DNA from: Gemmatimonadales bacterium
Lineage (GTDB): Bacteria > Gemmatimonadota > Gemmatimonadetes > Gemmatimonadales > GWC2-71-9
Length of the DNA: 39,980 nt
Direction of reading: 5' to 3'
NCBI GenBank assembly: GCA_039794085.1
Contig: JBDIWC010000038.1
Location: forward strand, 1 to 39,980
Positions 19,644 through 27,549 of the stretch are shown here, piece by piece. The notes beneath the pieces are model-generated. The model did no database searches, had not been told where the DNA came from, and saw only the letters and a list, made by a program, of their open reading frames with translations. Position numbers and translations under genes: made by a program. The stretch's first letter is position 1. The number at the start of each line of letters is the position of its first letter.

Positions 19644-19815
19644 ACAATGAACAATGAACAATGAACAATAACAATGAACAATCAACAGCGGGTGTAGGGG
19701 CGACGCGCCAGCATCGCCCGAGCGTCGGATGGCAACGAAAGGGCGTAGGGGCGAATCACATTCGACCGGGTCTATTCCCATCCTGGCATGGATTCCGGCA
19801 TGTGCCGGAATGACG
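19644..19815 (+). repeat. ACAATGA heptamer run + two GTAG REPs (19694, 19745) + right half of CGTC doublet (19788-19815)
   Basis: Direct matches to other copies; a similar heptamer run lies at 18686-18723. Confidence 0.8.
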
Positions 19816-19886
19816 GCCCTTGGGGAATCCGGAGTCCCGTTCCCGGTCGGAGACCCGTGCGCCGCAAGCGGTGCACCCACGAGGCC

Positions 19887-21014
19887 TCACCGGTATCCGT
19901 GGTACTGCCGTCCCGGTCCCGTCAAGGGTGCTGCCGGTGGAGCCCACCGGCCCGATTCGTAGTCAAACCAGATGCGTGTCAGGGTGTCGCCATACGCGCC
20001 CATGATCGATGGTCCCGCGGCATGGCCCCGCACCACGCGGGGCAGGAGAGTGGCGTAGTTGCGAGTGGCCACTCCGACCAGCCGGATCAGCACGTCGTAG
20101 GCATGGCGCATCGAGTCGGCCGGGAAGGTGAACACGCTGTCCGCGTAGGCAACGCCGGGGATCCCGTCCAGCATCGCCAGGCTCGCGGGCGGCACCGCCT
20201 TGAGCCCGGCGGTAAGGGGGAGCGCAGCGCGCATGGCCCGGGCTCGGCCCGCCCGCAGGTTCTCCACCGCGCGTTGAGCCTGCGCCGTGAGATCGGCCCT
20301 CGCCTCGTCGACCGGCCGTGGCTCTGCGCTGTCGGCCGCCGTGGCGGTCTTCACCGTCACGAACTCGATCCACGGCATGGTGGCGAGATCGCCGGCGAGC
20401 CGGTCGTCGCCGGAACCGAAGATCACCGGGATCCCCTGTCGTCCCCACGAGAGGCCCACCAGTTCCGTCTCCGTGATCTCCTGTCCGTTGATGAGGAGAC
20501 CGATGCCGAGCGTGAAGGTGTGGGAGGCGAACCCACCGCTCCCGGTCCTGGCGTGCATGCCGACCACGGCCACCGCGTCGTAGGCGCCGGGCACCACCAG
20601 GTCGAAATACGCATCGAACGTTGAATCACGGAGCACCTGGGTGGCACGGGGGTCGAGCAGATCGCGACGCGCGTCGGGGTCGGGGTTGCCGCTCCCGTGG
20701 CCGTCCACCACATGAACCTCCGTGGCGCCACCGTTGTAAAGGCCGGCAATGACGGCGTTCAGATCCGCGGCGAGAAGCTCCTGGCCCATCGGGTACTCCG
20801 CCGTGCCGAAGTCGAAGCTCCGGGGGTCGCTCTGGCCGGAGAGACCCTCCATGTCGTGCAGAACCAGGATCCGGATCCCGTCGGTGGTGTCGGGGTCCAC
20901 CGCCTCGGTGGTCCACGGTTCGGCGGGCATCGCGGGCCCGGAGGTGGAGGGGGTCGCGCCGGGCTGACAGGCGACGAGGAGGAGCGCGGGAACGATCCAG
21001 GGGCGGCGCATCAT
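19887..21014 (-). CDS. M55 family (DppA-like) D-aminopeptidase, lipoprotein
   Basis: Lipobox LVAC; HDMEG, VVDGHGSG, VGMHA, FASHT, GSGD motifs. Confidence 0.85.
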   Translation of the reverse strand: MMRRPWIVPALLLVACQPGATPSTSGPAMPAEPWTTEAVDPDTTDGIRILVLHDMEGLSGQSDPRSFDFGTAEYPMGQELLAADLNAVIAGLYNGGATEVHVVDGHGSGNPDPDARRDLLDPRATQVLRDSTFDAYFDLVVPGAYDAVAVVGMHARTGSGGFASHTFTLGIGLLINGQEITETELVGLSWGRQGIPVIFGSGDDRLAGDLATMPWIEFVTVKTATAADSAEPRPVDEARADLTAQAQRAVENLRAGRARAMRAALPLTAGLKAVPPASLAMLDGIPGVAYADSVFTFPADSMRHAYDVLIRLVGVATRNYATLLPRVVRGHAAGPSIMGAYGDTLTRIWFDYESGRWAPPAAPLTGPGRQYHGYR

Positions 21015-21029
21015 GCTCTCCTGGCGGAG

Positions 21030-21191
21030 GAAGTGTGAAGTTGGAAGTTGGAAGTTTGAAGTTCGAAGGGGGAAAAGGGAAGTTCGAAGTTGGAAGTGTG
21101 AAGTTCGAAGGAAGCAGAAGCCCCGAACACACATCGGAGCGTCACCCCGGGAACGCCGGGGTCCATTCCCACGCGGGCATGGATTCCGGCG
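21030..21191 (+). repeat. GAAGTKB heptamer run (about 11 units, 21030-21110) + truncated CGTC doublet (21140-21191)
   Basis: Visible periodicity and match to doublet consensus. Confidence 0.8.
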
Positions 21192-21306
21192 GTGAGTGGG
21201 AATCCCGGGGAATAGGGCACAGCACGCTGCGCCCTTACGCGCCCCTTGCTCGGCCAGGTGCGGTGGCGAACAGACAAGGGACAATGATCAATGAAAATTA
21301 CCAGCA

Positions 21307-21376
21307 GGGAGTAGTCCCTTACGGACAAGATTGAACACAAGAAAGCAACAATATTTTGGGTGACGCTCGGAAACCC
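21307..21376. repeat. AT-rich dispersed repeat, copy 1
   Basis: First 34 bp identical to 39767-39800; similarity continues through GCAACAATATTTT and CGGAAACCC. Confidence 0.85.
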
Positions 21377-21480
21377 TTACGGGCAGCGAGTTTGAGGGAG
21401 TTTGGGAAGGCATCCAACTTTGAGGCCTCTCGGGAAATGCACTCGAGTCGCGGAGCGCGCCGTGACCAGGCGATTGGTGT

Positions 21481-21603
21481 TTCCCGGGGCTTTCGCCCCT
21501 TGCTCGGCCAGGGGAGGTGGCTCACGCCACCGAGGAGCCCGGGCGAACACCCGGCCGTGTGAACGGCCTCTCGCCGCCGAGCCCGGGGCGAAAGCCCCGG
21601 GAA
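21481..21603. repeat. Family-B long palindromic element (REPIN/MITE-like)
   Basis: Terminal inverted arms CCCGGGGCTTTCGCCCC..GCTCGGC; inverted homolog at 26014-26153. Confidence 0.8.
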
Positions 21604-21621
21604 ACCACACGACCCCGACGC

Positions 21622-21684
21622 GCCTCTTTGGTTCCGGCTCTGCCGGCATAGGGAATAGGGAGTAGGGGCGAGCGGCATTCGCCC
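21622..21684 (+). repeat. 32-bp hairpin repeat copy 2 (21622-21653) followed by GTAG REP (21662-21684)
   Basis: Matches 96-127 and the other GTAG REPs. Confidence 0.85.
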
Positions 21685-21710
21685 TGATTGCTCCTCGAAT
21701 CGGTACAGGA

Positions 21711-21739
21711 TTGATCTGATCGCTCGTGGCAGCTATATT
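21711..21739 (+). promoter_or_regulatory. Sigma70-type promoter TTGATC-N17-TATATT
   Basis: Near-consensus hexamers at exact 17-bp spacing in a GC-rich genome. Confidence 0.75.
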
Positions 21740-21745
21740 GCTGTT

Positions 21746-21814
21746 GCTATCCCCCCAGTCCCTTCGGGGGCCGGGCAGCGAGGCCGTGCCGAAAGGCCGG
21801 CCTCAGCTTTTTTT
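21746..21814 (+). ncRNA. Putative ~70-nt structured leader/small RNA upstream of NYN nuclease
   Basis: Hairpin 1 at 21754-21775 with cUUCGg loop; hairpin 2 at 21777-21808 with GAAA loop, followed by U7. Confidence 0.6.
21777..21814 (+). terminator. Intrinsic terminator between promoter and NYN gene
   Basis: GC-rich stem with GAAA loop followed by TTTTTTT (21808-21814). Confidence 0.75.
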
Positions 21815-21846
21815 GCTCCCCCCCCTCCCCCGGCTGGGTGGCTGCC

Positions 21847-22470
21847 GTGAAGACAGTGGTGTACGTCGACGGGTTCAACCTCTACTATGGTGCGGTTCGG
21901 CAAACACCGTACAAGTGGCTGGACATTCCCTTGATGTGCCGGAAACTGCTTCCACGGCACGAGATCACGAAGACCAAGTACTTCACCGCTCGCGTCGCCG
22001 GTCGCCCTGGGGATCCCGACCAACCCAACCGCCAGCAGGCCTACCTGCGCGCACTGCAGACTCGACAGGGAGTCGAGATCATCTGGGGCCATTTCCTGTC
22101 AAACGAGGTGCGAATGCCCGTGGCCGGCTGCCCACCAGGCGAGCAGCGCTACGAGCGGGTCATCAAAACAGAGGAGAAGGGCTCTGATGTCAACCTTGCC
22201 ACTCATCTTCTCGCTGATGGATTCCGTGGGGCCTTCGAGGCAGCCGTTCTGGTTACTAACGATTCCGACCTGACGGAAGCTGTTCGAGTGGTCAGACAGG
22301 AATTGGGACTGATCGTAGGCATCCTCAATCCCCACAAGCATCCATCACGCGAGCTGCTCAAGAACGCCTCATTCATGAAACCGATTCGCAAGGGCGTGCT
22401 CGCCGCCAGCCAGTTGCCGAACCCTCTCTTCGATCGGAACGGCGAGATCCGCAAGCCCCCAACGTGGTAG
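21847..22470 (+). CDS. NYN-domain (LabA/DUF88, PIN-like) putative ribonuclease
   Basis: VYVDGFNLYYG, KYFTA, EEKGSDVNLA, LVTNDSDL acidic catalytic motifs intact; GTG start 21847 (or 21838). Confidence 0.9.
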   Translation: MKTVVYVDGFNLYYGAVRQTPYKWLDIPLMCRKLLPRHEITKTKYFTARVAGRPGDPDQPNRQQAYLRALQTRQGVEIIWGHFLSNEVRMPVAGCPPGEQRYERVIKTEEKGSDVNLATHLLADGFRGAFEAAVLVTNDSDLTEAVRVVRQELGLIVGILNPHKHPSRELLKNASFMKPIRKGVLAASQLPNPLFDRNGEIRKPPTW

Positions 22471-22576
22471 CTGTCCACATCTCCCCACCACGGCGACCAC
22501 ACGGTTCGCCCCGACGGGTTGTCCCCCGCCCGACTCCGCAGTAGGCTCCCCTGTCCCCTTTCCGGATCCGATCTCG

Positions 22577-25171
22577 ATGCCCTTCGCTCTCCCGCGCGCT
22601 GCGATCGCGCTCGCCGCGTCCCTCATTCCGACATTGTCACCCGTCTCCCTCCTTCCCGCCCAGGGGCAGGAGGTCCCCACCTTTGCCCAGGTGAGCGGCC
22701 ACGCCTTCGGCGAACGGATCACCCAGCATCACGAGATGGTCCGCTATCTCGATGCCCTCGCCGCCGCCTCGAACCGGGTGCAGGTGGTCCGGCAGGGGAC
22801 CAGCTGGGAGGGCCGCGAGTTGATGCTCGCCATCGTGTCCGCTCCCGAGAACCTGGCCCGCCTCGACGCCATCCGGGCCAACAGCCTGGCCCTGGCGGAC
22901 GCCCGGCGCACCGATCCCGCCGCCGCCGAGTCGATCATCGCGACCCAGCCCGCCATCGTCTGGTTCGGCGGGTCGATCCACGGGTTCGAGCTCTCCGGGA
23001 GCGAGGGGGCACTCAAACTTCTGGAGCACCTCACCACCCGGTCCGATGCCGCCACCCTGGAGGTGTTGCGGGAGACGGTGATCCTCATCGATCCGATGCT
23101 CAACCCCGACGGTCGCGACGCCTTTGCCCATCTCAACCACGAGAACATCGGGCGGCTCCCGGCCTCAAACCCCGACGACTGGTCCAACGACTTCACCGGA
23201 TGGCAGTCGATCAAGTTCCGCACCGGCCACTACTACTTCGATACCAACCGCGACTGGTTTGCCCAGACCCAGCGGGAAACCCGCGACCGAATGCCGCACC
23301 TGCACGCCTGGCGTCCCCAGGTGGCCATTGACATGCACGAACAGGGGAACGCCGCCGAGTTTTATTTCGACCCCCCGGGCGAGCCGGCCAATCCGCACTT
23401 TCCCGCCTTTGCCCACACCTGGTTCGCCACCTTCGGGGCGGCGTATGCCCGGGCCTTCGATTCCGCCGGGTTCGAGTACTTCAGCCGGGAGCGCTACAAC
23501 TACTTCTACCCGGGGTACACCTCCAACCGCGGCTATCAGGGTGCCGTGGCCATGCTCTTCGAGCAGGGGTCCACCCGCGGGCTCGCCGGCGAACGGGGGG
23601 ACGGCACCGTCCGTACCCTCACCGACGCCCTCACCCAGCAGTACACCGCCGCCTGGGCCGCGGTCCGGCTTGCCGCGACCAGGCGCCAGGATCTCCTGCG
23701 GGACTATCACGCCTCCCAGCGCGCCATTCTCTCTCCTCCCGCCGGAGCGGCACGCAAGTATCTGATTGCCGACACCGGCAACACTCATCTGGTTCGTGAG
23801 CTGATCACCCTCCTCCACCGGAACGACATCGAGATCGGTGTGCTGGAGCAGGAGACCAGGCTCACCGGCCTCCGGGACCGGGCCGGTGCCGCGGTGGCCG
23901 ATCGCACCTTCCCGGCCGGCACCTGGGTGGTCGATCCGGCGCAGCCGTCGGGCCGCCTGATCCGGGTGCTGCTCGACCCCTCGGTTCCGATCCCGGCCGA
24001 CTTCCTGGAGCAGGCTCGGCGTTTCACCGATCGGGACGAGAATCCCAGGTTCTACGACATCACCGGGTGGAGTCTCCCCCTTCTCTTCAACGTGGAGGGG
24101 TGGAGTTCCAGCGACGCCCGTGCCGTGTCCACCCGTCCCATCGCTGAACCCGCGGCAATGCCGGTCCCGCGCCGAGCGTCCTATGCGTACATCGTGGGCG
24201 GGTCGGAGACGGCAAGTGCCGCCGCCCTCTCGCGGCTCAAGGAGAGGGGCCACCGGGCGGCCTATCTCTTCCGGGCCACTCGAATCGGGACCGAGACGAT
24301 CCCGGCGGGGAGCATCATCGCGCGGGTGGGCCAGAACGATGCCACGCTCCACGAGGCAATGGCCGGGATCGTGCGGGAACTCGGTGTCAGGGTCATTTCC
24401 CTCGATCAGGGGCTCGCGGCGCCCGGCGGTCCCGATCTCGGCTCGGGGGACTGGACCTTCCAGGCTCGGAGGTCGCGCATCGCGATGGTCGCCGAGGATC
24501 CGGTGCAGGGATATTCCTTCGGATGGGCGTGGTACACGCTGGACCGACAGTACGGGATTCCGGTGACGGTGCTGCGGGCGGGGACTCTCGCCGACCGTCC
24601 CCTGGATGAGTATGACGTGCTGGTGCTTCCCGAGATGAACACCGGCGCCTTCCGGAACCTCCTGGGCGAGGAGGGCCGCACCCGGATCGATCGCTGGGTG
24701 CGGGACGGCGGGACGCTCGTCACCATCGGGTCCGCCACCGAGTTTGCCCGGACTCAGTTCTCCCTCGGTCTCCGGTCCTGGTACGACACCGACGCCGCCA
24801 AGGGTGCCAAGCGGTTCAGCGTGCCCGGGGCGGTCTTTGCCACCCGGCTCGACAGCCGGCACTGGATGGCGGGCGGGTCGCCGGAGCTGGTGCCGATGCT
24901 GGTCAACTCCAACCGGCTCTATCTGCCGCCCGAGGGTCCGGTGTCGAGCCAGCGGCGGGTGATCGCCACCTACGCCGGCTCGGCGCCGATGTCGGGTCAC
25001 GCCTGGCCGGAGACGCAGGAGCGGATCGACGGGAAGGTGTTCGTGTATGAAGAGAGGGTGGGCCGGGGGCGGGTGATCGTATTCGCCGAGGATCCGAACT
25101 TCCGGGCGTACCTGCGGGGGGCGAACCGGCTGTTCCTGAACGCGGTGCTGCTGGGTCCAAGCGCGCCGTAG
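22577..25171 (+). CDS. M14 family zinc carboxypeptidase-like protein, secreted
   Basis: Signal peptide; SIHGFE, NPDGRD, DTNRDW, DMHEQG; C-terminal GAT-like WVRDGGTLV, EDPNFRAY. Confidence 0.88.
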   Translation: MPFALPRAAIALAASLIPTLSPVSLLPAQGQEVPTFAQVSGHAFGERITQHHEMVRYLDALAAASNRVQVVRQGTSWEGRELMLAIVSAPENLARLDAIRANSLALADARRTDPAAAESIIATQPAIVWFGGSIHGFELSGSEGALKLLEHLTTRSDAATLEVLRETVILIDPMLNPDGRDAFAHLNHENIGRLPASNPDDWSNDFTGWQSIKFRTGHYYFDTNRDWFAQTQRETRDRMPHLHAWRPQVAIDMHEQGNAAEFYFDPPGEPANPHFPAFAHTWFATFGAAYARAFDSAGFEYFSRERYNYFYPGYTSNRGYQGAVAMLFEQGSTRGLAGERGDGTVRTLTDALTQQYTAAWAAVRLAATRRQDLLRDYHASQRAILSPPAGAARKYLIADTGNTHLVRELITLLHRNDIEIGVLEQETRLTGLRDRAGAAVADRTFPAGTWVVDPAQPSGRLIRVLLDPSVPIPADFLEQARRFTDRDENPRFYDITGWSLPLLFNVEGWSSSDARAVSTRPIAEPAAMPVPRRASYAYIVGGSETASAAALSRLKERGHRAAYLFRATRIGTETIPAGSIIARVGQNDATLHEAMAGIVRELGVRVISLDQGLAAPGGPDLGSGDWTFQARRSRIAMVAEDPVQGYSFGWAWYTLDRQYGIPVTVLRAGTLADRPLDEYDVLVLPEMNTGAFRNLLGEEGRTRIDRWVRDGGTLVTIGSATEFARTQFSLGLRSWYDTDAAKGAKRFSVPGAVFATRLDSRHWMAGGSPELVPMLVNSNRLYLPPEGPVSSQRRVIATYAGSAPMSGHAWPETQERIDGKVFVYEERVGRGRVIVFAEDPNFRAYLRGANRLFLNAVLLGPSAP
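25132..25164 (+). repeat. 33-bp 3' end of M14 gene, duplicated at 26153-26185
   Basis: 31/33 identity between the two copies. Confidence 0.8.
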
Positions 25172-25180
25172 AGGTAGGAT

Positions 25181-25237
25181 CGTCATCCCGGCGAACGCCG
25201 GGATCCATGTAAACGAGGGCTTGAGTAGGACCGGTCG
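25181..25237 (+). repeat. CGTC palindrome plus 41-bp direct repeat (25197-25237; second copy 25899-25939)
   Basis: 38/41 identity; the two copies bracket the TA pair. Confidence 0.8.
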
Positions 25238-25347
25238 ATCGATCAGAGCTTCCCTGGTCATGGCCTGGCCGTGGCCGTTCTTTGCGGGGGGGCTGGAGAG
25301 CCCGGAGTCCGATTGCACCTGGCCGCGATGGGGGGTAGACTAGTTCC

Positions 25348-25563
25348 ATGGCACGTACGATTCCCGTCCACGATCTGACCGCTGAAGAGCGCGTCGAACT
25401 GATCGGCAAGCTCTGGGATAGCCTCGACTCGTCCCTGGCGGCGCCGATCACGCCCGCGTTGGCGGCCGAACTGGATCGTCGCGAGGCTGAGGCTGATGCC
25501 GCACCCGATGTCGGCCTGTCGTGGCGGGACATTCGGGACGACCTGCGCAAGAAACTGCGGTAG
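25348..25563 (+). CDS. Addiction-module antitoxin (TIGR02574-like)
   Basis: LTAEERVELIGKLWDSL..AELDRR..GLSWRDIR pattern; directly upstream of RelE/ParE-like gene. Confidence 0.85.
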   Translation: MARTIPVHDLTAEERVELIGKLWDSLDSSLAAPITPALAAELDRREAEADAAPDVGLSWRDIRDDLRKKLR

Positions 25564-25861
25564 GTGCGGCAGCTCCGTTCGCAAGGCGGCCCGGGCCGAG
25601 GTTGTTGCTGCGTTTGACTGGTATCTTGAGCGATCCCCCACGGCTGCGGGACGGTTCCTGGATGCGGTGGATGAGGCCATGCAGCACATCCAGGCGGATC
25701 CGGAGCGCTATCCGGTCATTCGGGGCCGCTTGCGTCGTGTGCTCTTGCGGCGGTTCCCCTACGGCGTCTACTACAAGGTCTATCCTTCCAGCATCAGCGT
25801 GGTTGGTGTGATCCACGGTCACCGGCACCCGGACACATGGGTGGGTCGCACTGACACGTGA
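25564..25861 (+). pseudogene. RelE/ParE-family toxin, frameshifted near 5' end
   Basis: GTG 25564 gives MRQL, but the toxin body (VRKAARAE..WY..F..PERYP..RRFPYGVYY..HGHRHP) is in another frame from about 25577. Confidence 0.7.
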
Positions 25862-26013
25862 TAGGCAACAATTGCCCGCCGGAGTGAGGGTTCGTGGAGC
25901 CGGGATCCATGTAAACGAGGGCTGGAGGAGGACGGGTCGTTTCGGTCGGAGTTTCCGGCTGTTCGGGGTTCCTCGGGGTCGCACCCGCTGGCGCGCTTGG
26001 CCGACATCTGGGG

Positions 26014-26153
26014 TTTCTCGGGGCTCACGCCCCTTGCTCGGCGGCGGGAGGCCGTTGACACGGCCGGGCGTTCGTCTTGACTGCCGGTGGCGTGGGGGGG
26101 CGGTTCGTGAGCCGCCCTTCCTCAATCGGCCGAGCAAGGGCGTGAGCCCCGGG
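26014..26153. repeat. Family-B long palindromic element, copy 2
   Basis: Inverted homolog of 21481-21603. Confidence 0.8.
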
Positions 26154-26205
26154 TTCCTGAACGCGGTGCTGCTGGATCCAAGAGCACGGAAGATCCTTAC
26201 CTGCG

Positions 26206-26486
26206 GCCGGAATCCCGGCCGCGGAGCGGCCGAAGAACATGGCCCACGGCTTCAGGATCACGCATGTGTCGCTCTGAACGGTTCTCAGGATAGGAGGTCC
26301 ATCGAGGAGAGCCTCGCCTCGAAGCCGGAATCCCGGCCGCGGAGCGGCCGAAGAACATGGCCCACGGCTTCAGCCGTGGGAGCAGGAAGCATCCAGACAT
26401 TCGCGCGCCCCGTAAGGGCGCAAGACCGCAGAGCTGCTCATGGGACACAGGACCTCGACTTCCTTCGTGTCTTCGTGTCTTCGTGT
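26206..26486 (-). repeat. CCCACGGCTTCAGCCGTGGG element: partial copy (26206-26254) and full copy (26297-26429), then CTTCGTGT x3
   Basis: Inverted homolog of 3880-4013. Confidence 0.8.
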
Positions 26487-26528
26487 GAATCCTCCGGCCT
26501 GGAGCACACATGATCGCGACACCGGGGA

Positions 26529-27515
26529 TCACACGCTACGTCCGCTCCGCGGGGATGACGGTTGGTTCGAAGCACTCGAGACGAAAGCCGTCGCCATCCC
26601 CTCGATCAACAGCTGCGCCGCCATGTGCTGGGTCAACTCGGCGTGGTCGAGATAGGGGTTCACCTCCACCAGGTCGAGCCCCACCATGGTACCTCGCGGA
26701 GCCAGGCCCTGAAGGATCCGCTTGATGTGCGTGTAGCTGAGCCCCTCCGCCTCGGGGCTCTCCGTCCCCGGCGCCAGCGAAGGATCCAGCGCATCGATAT
26801 CAATGCTCACGTAGTAGTTGCCGAGCGCCTCCGGAATGCGGTCGAGGATTCCCTGAGGGCCCACGTCGAACACCTCGTAGTTGGTGAACACGAGGTTGCC
26901 CCGTTTCCGCGTTTCGCGGAGCTCGCGGTCGGTCGACTTCACACCGCGCACGCCAATGGTGATGATCCGCTCCACGAACGGCAACTCCTGGGCCCGCCGG
27001 AACGGACTGTTGTTGGTGAGCGCGAGACCGTGCATCTCGTCCACGTAATCGAGATGGGCATCAAAGAGGATGATGGTCAGCGGCCCGGTCCGATCGAGGG
27101 CACGGATCACGGGATACGAGATCGAGTGATCCCCGCCGATGACGACCGGGAGCGCTCCCCGGTCCACGATGCTCCGGACGCTCGCCTCGATGGTCTCCAC
27201 GTTGCGCTCGGCGTCGTAGTAGATCACGTCGGCGTCGCCACAGTCGGCGATCCGGAGACCCGGGAGAAGCATCCGGTCCTGGTTGATGTCGAAATATCCC
27301 CGGGTCCTCGGGCGGCCAAGGAAACCAAAGCGGGTGGAGGCGTCCCGAATGGCGCGGGGAGCCTGCCGGCATCCGGGCCGCATCCCGGCGGCGGCATCGG
27401 TGGGGACGCCGAGGATGCCGATGTCGGCGTCGAGTGTCGCGAGGTCCTCCACGTACGGTGCCTTGGCAAAGGTGGCGATGCCGGTATGAGGCATGGTGGC
27501 CCGTCGTTCGCTCAT
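26529..27515 (-). CDS. Ureohydrolase (agmatinase/arginase family)
   Basis: GGDHS, DAHLD, SIDIDALDPSLAPGT, DLVEVNP; GGAGG RBS before ATG 27515. Confidence 0.9.
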   Translation of the reverse strand: MSERRATMPHTGIATFAKAPYVEDLATLDADIGILGVPTDAAAGMRPGCRQAPRAIRDASTRFGFLGRPRTRGYFDINQDRMLLPGLRIADCGDADVIYYDAERNVETIEASVRSIVDRGALPVVIGGDHSISYPVIRALDRTGPLTIILFDAHLDYVDEMHGLALTNNSPFRRAQELPFVERIITIGVRGVKSTDRELRETRKRGNLVFTNYEVFDVGPQGILDRIPEALGNYYVSIDIDALDPSLAPGTESPEAEGLSYTHIKRILQGLAPRGTMVGLDLVEVNPYLDHAELTQHMAAQLLIEGMATAFVSSASNQPSSPRSGRSV

Positions 27516-27549
27516 GGTGCCTCCGTCAGAGATCCAGGGTGGAGTAATG

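Noticed and set aside
21361..21460. CRISPR leader-like sequence
   Set aside because: Not followed by any repeat-spacer unit
10613..25318. Long antisense ORFs (10613-12889, 13477-14883, 14682-16643, 23165-25318)
   Set aside because: Shadow frames of well-supported genes in high-GC DNA; no recognisable motifs
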